NCBI GenBank assembly: GCA_951406725.2
Contig: OX597815.1
Coordinates: forward strand, 83,700,001-83,764,000
Source of the DNA: Octopus vulgaris
Lineage: Eukaryota
Direction of reading: 5' to 3'
Length of the DNA stretch: 64,000 nucleotides
Below the pieces are notes generated by a model. It saw nothing but the letters and a program-made list of their open reading frames with translations, did not search any database and had not been told where the DNA came from. Below, piece after piece: positions 1-12,975 of this stretch. A program made the position numbers and the translations under genes. Position 1 is the first letter of the stretch. Every line of letters starts with the position of its first letter.

Positions 1-795
1 TTTTTCTAACTTGTATTGATATTCAAGAAACGAATATTTTTCTATAAGTGGTTCCAAATCAATTATATAACAATTAAACTTCGAATAACAAGAACAACGA
101 GAAACAGCAACAAAATTATTAAATAAATGGGAAACAAGTAGATATTAATGTAATAACCACAGAAATAAACAAAAGGATAGAAATGTAAAATACGATATAT
201 AATAACAAACATTGCAATGATATAAGTTTATATGAACTGGCCTACATTTTCATTTGACAGTATTTTCCAGAGAGTAAAACTTTTATAGGAGGAGCAGTTA
301 TAATTTATGAAAGTTTTCCTTGTGTAAATGAACGAGTGAAGTTCGCTTGTTTAGTAAACTGATATGTTCTCTTTCTTTCATTACTCTATGATGAATACAT
401 TTGTCCCTTCTTTCCACTTCAATGTTCACCTGCTTTGGCCATATGTCACGTCTTTCTGTTTATCCGCTATCAAACAAAAGTAGGATAACTAAAAAGAAAC
501 GAGAAAAAAAAAGAAGAAAAGAACATTCAAATGAGACGTAAACCGTATTAACATTATCCAATCATACTGATTCACTGGTCGTAGCGGAGAAGCCTTCCTT
601 CACAGCATAATACAAAAATAATATAAATGAACAAAATCAAATTCGCAAAAAATACAGGGCAACAGTGACATAATGAAATGTCCATGTGGCGACAAAGTAG
701 GAGGGGGAAAGGAAGAAGAAAGCCGCAATGATAGGAGATTCGCCCGCTTGTGACTGTCCCTCCAGTGCCTCAAGGCATCTGTATTCTTGCATGAT

Positions 796-815
796 CTCTC
801 TTTCTCTCTCTCTCC

Positions 816-851
<36 letters not shown>
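796..851. repeat. (CT)n microsatellite
   Basis: Directly visible TC run. Confidence 0.95.
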
Positions 852-852
<1 letters not shown>

Positions 853-1159
853 ACTCCCACTCCCTATATCTCTTTATTTCGCCCTGTCTCTTGTTACTTC
901 TTCGCCCGAACGCTATATCCAGTAGAAAATACTCAGAGAAATTACAGCAATCATATTTACTTATATTTTTTTCCCTTCTTAATCAGTATTAGAAGCAAGT
1001 ACAAGCTTAAATAGCGAAAGTAAATTAGGTGGCGCATTTAATGCTTTTAATATTCTGAAGCGATAAAATAAAGCACCAGACAAGTGGTTGGTTGGATATA
1101 GTCGACTGTTCCGCTCAAACAAAATTTCTGTCCTTGAGACTATATTTACTAACAATTTA

Positions 1160-1390
1160 GGCGGTGGAGAAGACGGTGACCTAGCAGAAACATAAATAGT
1201 CGGAAAAAATTGAGTTATCGGAAAAAATTAAATTGTCTCTTCACATTCAAACTTGAAATGCAACTGAGGCTAATTTTGCCAGTCATATTTTCGGTTGGAT
1301 AAAATGATGTACCAGCAAAGTACTGGCGTTGATGGGTTTGAGTACCTCATTACTCACAAAATCACTGATCTTGCACCTAAATAAGATTTA
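1160..1390 (+). mobile_element. Degraded SINE A copy
   Basis: Colinear with the 2756 copy: gacggtgacctagcagaa...gataaaatgatgtaccagcaaagtactggcgttgat...cttgcacctaa. A similar tail remnant lies at about 1050-1145. Confidence 0.55.
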
Positions 1391-2143
1391 TTAAGCCTTA
1401 AACGGCGAGAAAGGGTTGCATTAACGTATGTACCAAACAGACAAAAAATTCTCTTTAACTTAAGGGTAGTTTTTATATCTATTATCACTTAAAATAAGTA
1501 CAAAAACTATAATAATTGTTAGTCCCACGCACAATTAAATTAACAATCTTCTCGAAAGGTACCGAAGCAGCAGTTGACGATGCCCACCGTTTAAGAATTA
1601 TGTCGGTGGAGTGGTAGAAACAAAAATATCTAAAAGATACTATGCTCTATTTTTCCGGTTCTTTACGTCCTGGGTTCAAATTTCGCTATGGCCGATGTCG
1701 ATAATTCACTGGATTAACAGTTGAAATCCCGCAAATTGCCTACGCTATTCTTTCAGATAAATTGCAATCTCAGTTTAATTTTTTTTTTCTTTCAGATTTA
1801 CATAACATTTCATGTTTAGGGGGACGATGAATTCATAAAATGGAAAACAGTAAAGTTTCGAGTTCGATATAATCGGTTTTCCTTCCGCACAAAATTTGAA
1901 ATCGGGTGTCTATGTCAGCAAACATTATCATAAGTTATATGTTATTTTTAACTGAATCGCCACCCCGTTCATGAGGCGTGTGAGTTAATTAGCGGTTTGG
2001 GGATGTAGAATCGTATTTGTAAATGTTACATGGCTTTTGCAATGCTGTGCGATTTGGTTATGTTTTTCTAGTGTTATCTCGGTGTTTCAGTTGTTTATGT
2101 GCAGCTTTGGCGCAATATGTGCTATATCATTTTACAGAGAGGC

Positions 2144-2215
2144 GAGGCAGCGAGCTGGAAGAATCATTAACACGCCGAACAAAGTCCTTAGCAGCATTTT
2201 ATCCGTCTTTATACC
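2144..2215 (+). mobile_element. SINE A 5' head fragment
   Basis: aggcagcgagctggaagaatcattaacacgccgaac matches the head aaggcggcgagctggcagaaacgttagcacgccggg. Confidence 0.7.
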
Positions 2216-2684
2216 TTGTGCTAAATATTTGAAACAATTATTTTATTGCAAGGCGCTAACACTTTGTATACGCTGTGTGGTTGGTGTCATGTAATGACAG
2301 TTGAAGTTTGAGAGATATTGAGCATAAAGTATTTTTCTTAAGATATTCTCTCGCTACTTTTAGCACAGAATTCTCCTTGGAGTGGTTGTTTTCTATTTCT
2401 TTTTCATCATATTGGGATCCTGTTTTAATATTGACTTTTGCTTTTTTATCTTTATCCGCAATTTATTTCAGATATTATCTTCTTTTTTTTTTTTGCTAGG
2501 AATTAAATTTCCAGTATGTACATCATTGTTTACTTAGATATACAAAATGGTACTGATTTATACATGTCTCCTTATCACACTAATCCTTCTCTTTTGATAA
2601 GGGTTTCTACTAAAAATCAACTATTATATAGTTGTCATTCTCTCTCTCTCTCTCTCCTCATATATATATATATATATTTATATA

Positions 2685-2727
<43 letters not shown>

Positions 2728-2755
2728 GTATGTTTGTGTAGTAAGAAGAGTGCTT

Positions 2756-2985
2756 AAGGCGGCGTGCTAGCAGAAACGTTAGCCCGCCGGGCGAAATGCT
2801 TAGCGGTATTTCGTCTGCCGTTACGTTCTGAGTTCAAATTCCGCCGAGATCAACTTTGCCTTTCAACTTTAAGGGTCGATAAATTAAGTACCAGTTACGC
2901 ACTGGGGTCGATGTAATCGACTTAATCACTTTGTCTGTCCTTGTTTGTCCCCTCTATGTTTAGCCCCTTGTGGACAATGAAAAAA
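2756..2985 (+). mobile_element. Full-length tRNA-derived SINE A1 with 14-bp TSD
   Basis: B-box gagttcaaattc, central gcctttc...gtcgataaattaagtaccag (MetaSINE-like by recollection), TSD taagaagagtgctt at 2742-2755 and 2986-2999. Confidence 0.92.
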
Positions 2986-2999
2986 TAAGAAGAGTGCTT

Positions 3000-3210
3000 G
3001 AAAGAAACCTGTGGTATATGTGTGTGTGTGTGTCTGTGTTTGTACCTCACCTCCGCTTCACAAACGGTGCTGTATGTTTACGTCTCCATAACGTAGTGTT
3101 TTGGCAAACAAAAACCTCAGAATAAGCACGAGGCTTAGATAATGTAAGGACTGGGGTCTATTCGTTCGACAAACATTCTTCAGGGTGTTGCCCAGCACGA
3201 TCACGGTATG
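3000..3210 (+). mobile_element. Degraded SINE B 3' half
   Basis: gaaagaaacctgt..(TG)n..tgtttacgtctccataac..gaataagcac..ctggggtctattcgttcgac..gttgcccagcac is colinear with the 29566 copy. Confidence 0.7.
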
Positions 3211-3434
3211 AATCTTTCATATATATACATGCACACATATATGTATATATCTGAATACACACACGTACACACAGACACGCACTCATACGCACACACATAC
3301 ACACACATACACACGCAAGCACACACACACACATGTAGCCTACTCAGGATATGTAATATCAAATTTGTAACAAAAATGTGTGAATTTTAATGTTTTATAT
3401 TGATACACTAATTTTAATGCATTATATAGAAGTG

Positions 3435-3465
<31 letters not shown>

Positions 3466-3821
3466 GTGGAGACAAACATATATGTTTGACTGTCCGTACA
3501 CATGCAGTCTATTCGAAAATGATCTTTTGCAGAAAGAATGAATTTTGGCTGCATTATATCCGATAAGTTCTACCAGTAGCTTTCATCCAAACAACAGAAA
3601 AAATAAAAATTACTTTACAAAAGTATTCACTTTATTCTATACTTTGTTCAACTCGTCAGATAAATCGTCAGCATGATTTTTATATATATATATATACTTT
3701 CTACTATTTTAAGGTAGTGTAATCAATGCCTTTTAGACGGTGAGTGGTATTAAGCAACTGGCCAGGCAATATTAGGGGAAATATATCGAACTACAGGAAA
3801 CACAATTCAATATTCAAGTAG

Positions 3822-3872
<51 letters not shown>

Positions 3873-4739
3873 GTGTGTGTGTGTATTATATATATATATC
3901 GTTTTATGTGAGTGGGTGAGAGAGACAGCGAATTGCTTAATGTTAATATCAAAGGAAACAATGTTTTACATATATGTCTTTTGATAATATATGATGATGT
4001 AGTATTTTTATGTATATCACCATAATCTAGACTCGGCTGTTAATGTTTAATATAAAGGAATACAAATATATACCGACAATAAGCATTCAAAATCCAGACG
4101 CCATTCCTGTGTAAGGAGAAGCAGTAGAATGGTGAAGGAGTTTTTCTAATGACATTTAAATTCAAGGATTAAGTGGAATTATTTTAGTTGTGTATAGTAA
4201 AAATAGCGAAAAAAAGGTTTGTGACTTCATAGAAGACAGGTCTATTAAAAAGTGTGTGTGTGCTTGTACATGTGTGTTTGTACGTGTATGTGTTTGTGCA
4301 TGTGTGTGTGTGTATCTTCAAATGGCTGAAAGGAATGTTCAGTTATGATATTGTTTCAATTTTAAAATGATATTTGAGACAGCTTAAAAAGGGAAACACC
4401 AGAATTTAAAGACACAAAGCAAGGGAACTGGTTAATCGCGAAAACAAACTGCATCTTCGTTTCATCAGGAAGGACTCCCTTTGTATTACATGAAATACTT
4501 TCCATCAGGCATCTGGCTTAACATTTATAGGCGATTCTGCATAATATATTGATCACTGGCAGAGAAAAGACACCATACGATTTGAATTTATTGAATATTC
4601 GATAAAATCTAGCTCGGCATTTAACTTTTACATTTCTTATAGACACCATAATATTTTCAGCTTGGGATGTAATAACAGGCAGAATATTTAAGAAAAGTAC
4701 TGATGCAGTTAGTGATCCCTAATCTACGGGAGAAAGAGA

Positions 4740-4751
4740 TTATATAGATAT

Positions 4752-4784
<33 letters not shown>

Positions 4785-4911
4785 TATATATATACACGTA
4801 TATATATATATAGTTTCTATGGAAGTATATATATGTACGTATATATATATATGTATATATTTATATGTGTGCATGTTTATATACATATATAGGTGTGTAT
4901 ATATAAATAAA

Positions 4912-4951
<40 letters not shown>

Positions 4952-5107
4952 CACACATATATATATATATATTTATATATGTGTGTGTGTGTAGATATAT
5001 TTTCCTGTATTTTCATATGTTTATATATACATATATAGATGTAGATATATTTATAAATGCATATCTCTGTGTGTATATGTGTGCATTTACGTATATATGT
5101 ATGTATG

Positions 5108-5159
<52 letters not shown>

Positions 5160-5180
5160 AACATACACACATACATGTGC
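4740..5180. repeat. Compound (TA)n/(TG)n/(TACA)n microsatellite field
   Basis: Directly visible. Confidence 0.9.
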
Positions 5181-6769
5181 TGACAGACGTTCAGACTGAT
5201 TGACTGTCAGACAAACAAAGAAGACTGACTGACTGTCAGATAGATAGATAGATATTTTGGAAGTGTGGATGTATGTGTGTGTGTCAGTGTGTGTATCTCT
5301 TTGTGTATGTCATGTTTTTGTCTTATTCAATTAACTCGTCTCAAAATGCTACTTCACATTTATTCCATTCTATCATATCGTTGATGTTAGACGTATATAA
5401 CAAAATGCATCGATTTATTCGGTTAACGTCAGAGAAATGTATAAATTTGGCAAGGTCGAAATTCAATTTTTAACGATTATTACAAGCGAAGCAGGTGTTA
5501 TTTTTAGCGGTATGAATATGCGTATTGCATATTGTAAACGGTATGGTTGTATGTCAGAGAAAATACTTTAAAATATTTAGTTACCCACCTCTCTATTCAC
5601 ATTTCGTAGTCTGACATTGTCGATGTTAATTTTCGTTATATTTTTGTGTCAATGAGCTAAATTAGTAATCAAGAAGTAGATAATTATTTTATCTGCATCT
5701 ACTCTTTGAAAATGGGATTGATAAGAATAATTGAAAGTCTCCTATCCGAAAGTCGGGAGACTGAGAAAGTTGTTGATATTAAAGTTTGTATATATTTGCA
5801 TCAGTAAAATAGGACACTTTCGAAATGTGACCCAAGTCTGATCAAAATATCCATTTTATTTCATAATATAGCTTATACATATATTGTGAATGTAATTTTA
5901 TATAAACACTTAATAACTTTTCATACATGATACCATCAGAAATGTAAGATTGGAGTTTCCACCTACGATGTCACGTTTTGCCTAAAAGGTCAGAGTATAC
6001 GTACACCACAAGTATTTTATTTTTTATTATACAGATATTATTTTTTATATAAAGTACAGAAACAAAATATTGAACATGATTACTGGGAAATGAAATAAAA
6101 ACTAAAAAGTCAGCATTATATTTTTTAAGTAATGTACAAGTAATGGTTTCTGGAAGAGAAATTATAAAAATAATTTTGCGCTAACATAACGCAAACAACA
6201 AAACAGAATGATCATCACTGCATGTAAATGCACTTGTCATAACAGTACAAAACAGCTGCAAGCAGTCGGACCTTTCATGCATTTTGCAGAATTTTTCATT
6301 GGTGGCGTCAGGTAAGCATTCAAAAAACTTTCCGATTTTGGAATTTTGAAAAAAATATTTACAACTGTAGAACTATATTTTAATGCAGTTAAGTCGCCAA
6401 ACAAAATGCCTTGTGGTTTGAAAATTTTTAGCAGTATTTTCTTCATTCAAAACTTAAAATTTTCTTTACCTGGCATACTTTTCAAATGGATTAAATAAGT
6501 ACCAGTTCAATAATGAAAAAGCGTTATCTACTTACCTTTCGCCCAAATTTTTGCCGGTTAAGCATTGATGTCAGAAACCTTTGCTTTTCAAGTTATCTTC
6601 CTCGTGTAAATAAAATAAAATACCAGTCAAGTGCTTCGGTTGACATACTTGATTTTTGCTTCGCACAAATTTTTCGTCATGTATGTGTGTGTGTGTATGT
6701 GTGTGTACGTGCGTTTGGGCGCGCGTGTGTGTGTGTAAAAGATTCTAATAGTGCAGCAAATGAGCTACA

Positions 6770-7300
6770 GAGAGAGAGGCTGAAAAAACTACGACGTTAG
6801 TCCTTGGAGCGAAGTTACGGTAGATATGTAATAATCTACTTATGGAAAACTCTAGAAAAGTTTTGGCATTAAGTGTTATAGAAATGTTATAAGTGTTATA
6901 CAATTTTGACATTACGTATTATACAAATGCCAGAACAGGACGCCTTTATATTGCATCTAAATTCAGGACCAGGTACTGCAACAGTCTGGTGTTTAAAAGT
7001 CCACAGGTTTTCGATGCTCTGCCACAAAAATTAAAAAAACATACATTATGTGGATGTAGATGTGTTCAGAAAGAAAGTCGATATCCTCCTCTCTACAATA
7101 CCGGATGAACCGACGGTCCGGCATGATATACAGACGAGGGCATCGGAGTCAAATTCCCTCATAACCAAATGGGCCAACAGCTGGGACAAAGGCACATAGA
7201 GGAAATCCGCCGAAGAATAACCATATGTAACAGTGCAAAACCACAATGGTGCTCCAGAATGAATACAACCGCATGACTGAAACAAAGAAAAGAATAAGAG
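6770..7300 (+). mobile_element. CR1/L2-type LINE 3' remnant (ORF2 C-terminus and 3'UTR)
   Basis: Disrupted reading RERLKKLRR*SLERSYGRYVIIYLWKTLE...RTRYCNSLVFKSPQVFDALPQKL, resembling the LxSLERRR and WN/FNxLP motifs, then a ggtgctccag...tgactgaaac tail. Confidence 0.75.
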
Positions 7301-8331
7301 AAAACATAAATACATATGTACATACATATATAAAGATAGTTGAAAATATATATGTATAAATTTGTATATATAAATAAGTATATATGTGGAAACTATTTAT
7401 TAAGAATAATCGGTGAAACACATTCGATAAAAGTTTGTAAAAAAAATACATCACGTTAATTAACTTTGTCTTTTTATCGTTTTGACTTTAACTTCTAACC
7501 AAATCGATAAATTTATAAGCATTGAAATACTGTCTCTGATTTAATCAAGAAGTCATACATTCCGTTATAACAGTTAAATTCCTGCCAGATTTAGAAACTG
7601 TTATTATATTCATTGCAGTAAACTCACATAATTTCAAGAATAGGATTTATATACCGCACTGGTCATGAGTAGTTTAAACCCATGTTTCAAGTTCAAATAC
7701 TATTGGGAATGATTTTCTTCTGGTATCGATAAAATAAAGGACTTTCAAATACAAAAGAGCTTTCAATTAATTGCAACCATTATTTAATTTAGTTCACTTC
7801 CCTCGAGGTTAGACACCTTACTTCTATGACTACTTAACCTTCTCGATTCAAGCCGATTTTCCAGTTGTTATTTCATACTCCATGAGAAAAACCGAACGTG
7901 TACCGATCAAATATTGCATTCAATAAATTGAATGTCCTACTAACCCACAAAATACTTAGCCTTGTACAAATTGTCTAAGAAAATCAATTTCTTTTATTTT
8001 AATAAAATGTCTTTATGCATGTATTAGTTCTAGTTCAATTTATTGTTTACTACATCAGATAATGAAATATTTAACTTCCATTCTATGTAGTATTTTTTTT
8101 TTTTTGCAATTGTATTCTCCATTCATCTCGGTCATTTAATTCATTTGCTTTTTTACAAAAACTATGTCATACGAAAGAAATTATAAAATAAATGAAGAAA
8201 GCATCAACCCAATGGCAAAAAGTATTATTCTATAGTTGGCAGAATTGAAGTTAGATAATTATCGAACAAAGGTTTGAATTTCCTGCTGACGTCGTGTTTT
8301 TATATTCTATGAACTAATTTGGATGTTTTTC

Positions 8332-8362
<31 letters not shown>

Positions 8363-8448
8363 CATACATACATACATACATACATACATACATGCAAGCA
8401 TGCATGCATGCATGCATACATACATACATACATACATACATACATACA

Positions 8449-8481
<33 letters not shown>

Positions 8482-8552
8482 GCATACATTCAAACACATG
8501 CACATACACATGTACGTACATATATATGTATATATATTGAAATATACATACA
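8332..8552. repeat. (TACA)n tetranucleotide microsatellite
   Basis: Directly visible. Confidence 0.95.
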
Positions 8553-8572
8553 GACCTGCTGCAATATACCGC

Positions 8573-9468
8573 GAAAGATATGGGTATAAAAGCAGATGAA
8601 ATGATGGGCAAAGATGAGATTAACCAAGGAGCAAAGAAGAGAAAAGTAGATCTTCTTGAAAAGAGAATGCATGGAAAGTTTGAAAGGGGTGCACACAACG
8701 TTAAGGACAATACAGCATCGTGGGCATGGCTTGAGCGAGGTGATTTGAAGCGTACATCTAAAGCCTCATCATTGCTGCACAATACCAGACTCTTGCTACC
8801 AATTCAGTGGCACCAGTGACACCCAGAAATACAGATTCCGTGGAAAGTGTGGAAAATGTGACCCACTTGGTAAGTGGGTGTGAGTGCCTTGCACAAAAAG
8901 AATACAAGTGCCGCTAGGATGAAATGTGTGTGTGTGTGTATCTTCATTGGCTCTTATGCCGTAAATACCAATATGAAATAACAGAGAACTGGTATGAGCG
9001 TGTACCAAGTAAAGTTATGCAGGAGGATGGAAAAGTAACGATACTCTGGGACTATGATTTTCAGATGGATCATGTAATCAAACACCATCGGGCGGATATT
9101 GTCATATTGAATAAGAGAGACAAATACTGTCAGATCATTGATGTAGCCATACTAAATTACATGAATATTGTAAGTAAAGAGGTTGAAAAAATCACCAAAT
9201 ACTCCGAACTGAAAATGGAAATGGCAAGACTGTATGGAATGTAAGAGGGTAATGTAAAAGTGATAACAGTGGTGATCGGAGCGCTGGGCTCAATCCCATT
9301 GAAACTTCAAAATTTGGAAATTCCATGCAAGACTGATGTCTTGCAAAAAGCAGCCTTACTGGGTACAGTACACATCTTAAGGAAAGTATTATCTGTCTGA
9401 TGTCCTTGTTGTGAATTGACAGATGACTAAAGACTCCAACGCATTTTTATCTACACTGTGTCACAAAG

Positions 9469-9505
<37 letters not shown>
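8573..9505 (+). mobile_element. R4/Dong-clade non-LTR retrotransposon, 5'-truncated (Zn-knuckle and RLE endonuclease remnant)
   Basis: MHGKF..SWAWLERGDLK..LAQKEYK..LHWLLC..ILWDYDFQMDHVIKHHRADIV..IIDVAI..EKITKYSEL..VVIGALG..LQKAALLGTVHILRKVLSV*, with stops/frameshifts, 3'UTR and (TAA)n tail. Confidence 0.93.
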
Positions 9506-9506
9506 T

Positions 9507-9560
<54 letters not shown>

Positions 9561-10044
9561 ACAACAATGATAACATCACAATGATCATGATGGTCATGAT
9601 AATGATGATGAGGGCATTTGAACTCAACTATTTAAGTAGCCATGAAGCCTAAGGCAACGTGTGTTTCATATCTCAAAAATGCTACGACTGTTATTACTAC
9701 CGTTAATTATTAAGCAGAACTATGAATAGATCCACAACAAAATCAATAATAATGATGATGAAGCTGATGATGATCATGATGACGGTATGTCTACGAGAAT
9801 AAGGAAAAGGAATTCTTTTTCCCTAATCGCATTCAGCATATATTTATAATTTAGGTATGTATATATATTAATGTTTGTTTATATGTTCAGTTACAGTTAA
9901 AACAATTGTGTATTAATCAGATGGGTAAATCTATACTTTTGAAGAGTTCAAATTTATTATTTTTATACAGGAATGTTGTTGACAGTGAGTTCGAAGTTTT
10001 GACTACCTGTCACTTTCAATAAGACTTTTTGTATGTCCTTTTAT

Positions 10045-10259
10045 TGTTTTATTCTTTTACTTGTTTCAGTCATTTGATGGTGGCCAACGTAGAGCATCGC
10101 CTTAAAGGGGTATTATTCGAAGAAATCGGCCCTAGGTCTTATTATATGTAAGCCTGATATTTATTCTGTCAGTCCATTTTGTCAAACCGCTAAGTTACGG
10201 GGACGTAAACATACCAACATCGGTTGTCATGCGATGGTGGGGGGGACACAGTCACAAAA

Positions 10260-10275
<16 letters not shown>
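10045..10275 (-). mobile_element. SINE B 3' half
   Basis: Reverse complement of the B tail (cttttacttgtttcagtcatttga...ccgctaagttacggggacgtaaac). A separate ~45-bp plus-strand tail lies at 10437-10480. Confidence 0.85.
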
Positions 10276-10299
<24 letters not shown>

Positions 10300-10475
10300 G
10301 CATGTATGTATGCATGCATACGTGCATGTATGGATGTATTATGTATGTATGTATATATGTATGTATGTATGTATGTATGAATGTATGTATGTATGTATGT
10401 ATGTATGTATGTATGTATGTATGTATGTATGTATGTATGGCCGCAGTCAAATGACTGAAACAAGTAAAATAATAA

Positions 10476-10530
<55 letters not shown>

Positions 10531-10774
10531 CGCTCACACAGATCTATATATGCACACGCTCACAGTTTCATATGCATATATGAGTTTGCGTGTGACTTTT
10601 ATATACGTATACTCAATTAATATGCTCATACTTATTTGCGTGCGTATCACATATATTGCTTTTATATTGTATGAGTGTAGATATGTTCCTGCTTACCTCC
10701 ATTTTTCAGCGTCGCACATCCCCTTCTCTTTCTCTCCATCACTCTGTGGGTCTGTCGTTATGACCCTGTCTCTG

Positions 10775-10828
<54 letters not shown>

Positions 10829-11347
10829 ACTCTCTACGCAAAGTTTTATTTCCATCCGCTGGGATTCATATGGAAATGAGGTTTAATCATCTTTCTCATT
10901 TCAACTCCAGGTCTGGCGTCCACGTTGGTGCAATGCAAATTAGTGAGAACGCAGGGAGGGGCCATATTTAGCAGTAATTCAGGTTACAGTAAGTAATCGA
11001 ATGGGAACAGAAATGAGAATGTTTGTTGACAGAATCTTACTAAGTGAATAAATATATAAAATTCCAATGACGGAGGGGGATGTGCAAAAACAGACGAATG
11101 CAAATTGGAATTCTAAACTGCTGAGAAGGCAACAAACACCTAGAATAATTTATTAACAGTAGAAATCGCAGATAGGAAAAAGAACTTCAACGAACAAACA
11201 AGAGAGAAAAAAGGTTAATATTTTCAAAACATAATAATAAATATAATAGCGTCTGAGAATATTTTGCCTGATAAAATATGAGCATAACTTTACAAACTTA
11301 ATGAATAAGTATTATTCTATGCTAGGTACTTTAGTTCCCATCGCATA

Positions 11348-11545
11348 AAGGAGTCAATTTCGCACTGGTGAAGAATAGTGGCATTGCTACACAAACCTTA
11401 ACTAAATACACTTGTAAAAAATTTCAGAAAAACATATGTATGTCATCAGACTTGCATATTTTTAATGAAATTTTTTAGAAGTGTATTTAGTTAAGGTTTG
11501 TGTTAGCGATACCACTATTCACCATCAGTGCGAAATTGACTCCTT
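11348..11545. mobile_element. Fold-back (MITE-like) element, ~95-bp imperfect arms
   Basis: aaggagtcaatttcgcactg...cacaaaccttaactaaatacactt versus aagtgtatttagttaaggtttgtg...cagtgcgaaattgactcctt, with a ~4-nt centre. Confidence 0.8.
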
Positions 11546-12876
11546 AATCGCCGAAATTAAACGGATAAGTCAATGAAATGCAGACGGTTAAACCTTAAGA
11601 TATATGCTCACAAATAATTCTCTAAAGCATTTTTCTGTGGTTGCAGTCGCATAGTATGCCTAGCAATCACTAGGTAAGTTATAAACAATATATCTGTAGG
11701 AAAATACCTCAAAGCGTATTCCGCATAGTGAATAGAAATTCAATAATGTCACATATATGTAATATAGTGAGTTGACAAACTTCAGTTAGCAGTATTTGTG
11801 CAAGCAATCAGCTAATAAAACAAACAAAATTTCACCCAAGTAATGTTTAAAATCAAAAACTGCCAAGCAAAACAGATAAATCTAATTGTCTTCCTGAAAT
11901 TTTGTCGATTTCCACCAAACAAAATGATTTTCTCCGAGCAGAAACAGATCTTTACCAAAAGTTAAATATAAAGTTTTCAATAGCCTCAGCTGCACCTTGA
12001 TATTAGCTATGCATGGCAAACAGTTTATACAGTAGTACTGTGATCGGATAGAAACCTTGCTCTCAGCTGAATTTGCGTGATGTATGATACAATCTAGGAT
12101 AAAGCACAACTCCATTTCAATGTAAATGCATTTTAAAATTAGATGTAAATCTAATTTTACTGGCATTCTGTATCAAGAATGAAATACAAACCAGCAGTTC
12201 TTTTACGTTTCTTTGAATACAAAAATAGCTGTCACTATAAGACATATTATATATCTACATGATGATTGTTCAAAATCGAAATCTTTCTCCCTTTAATAAA
12301 GTAAGCTGAAATATTTTCAGATGCTAGATTAGTAGCAGCAGCAACATTTTACCTATTCCCATTCACTGTTAAAAGCAAATAGGCAACAAAAAATGAATGA
12401 ATCTATTTCTTGGCATATAATTCAAAATATATTCCGTAACACTAATATATGTATAATGTCGGTAGGGTAAAATCAAAGATGTGTCCTCCTGAAGCACATC
12501 TGCTTATTTCAGTATTACAATCCGGTATGTAACTGTTGTTGTTGTTGTTTCATTGGTATAAGGTACATATTGAAGCTGCATTTTCTGAAAATATTGTTTG
12601 CAAAGTTATTATATAACAAAACGGGATATTGGAGCAGTTTTGGATTTCATTTATTCACCATTACAAATGTTTCATTTGATAATAGGAATCACAAAGTTAT
12701 ACAAGCTGGAAAACATATAAGAAATTTCGTATTAGAAATTCTTCATACAAAGAGAATCAAGTAATACTTATTAGTATTTGATTCTGGACTAAAGAAATGA
12801 AGCATATGTAATAGTGAATAAACAAAACCAAAACGTTTCGCAACTTCCTGTTTTGTAACATGCACACATACACACA

Positions 12877-12975
<99 letters not shown>

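Noticed and set aside
9971-9984. 14-nt micro-exon (tacag|...|gtgagt)
   Set aside because: Expected by chance, not frame-preserving and unsupported.
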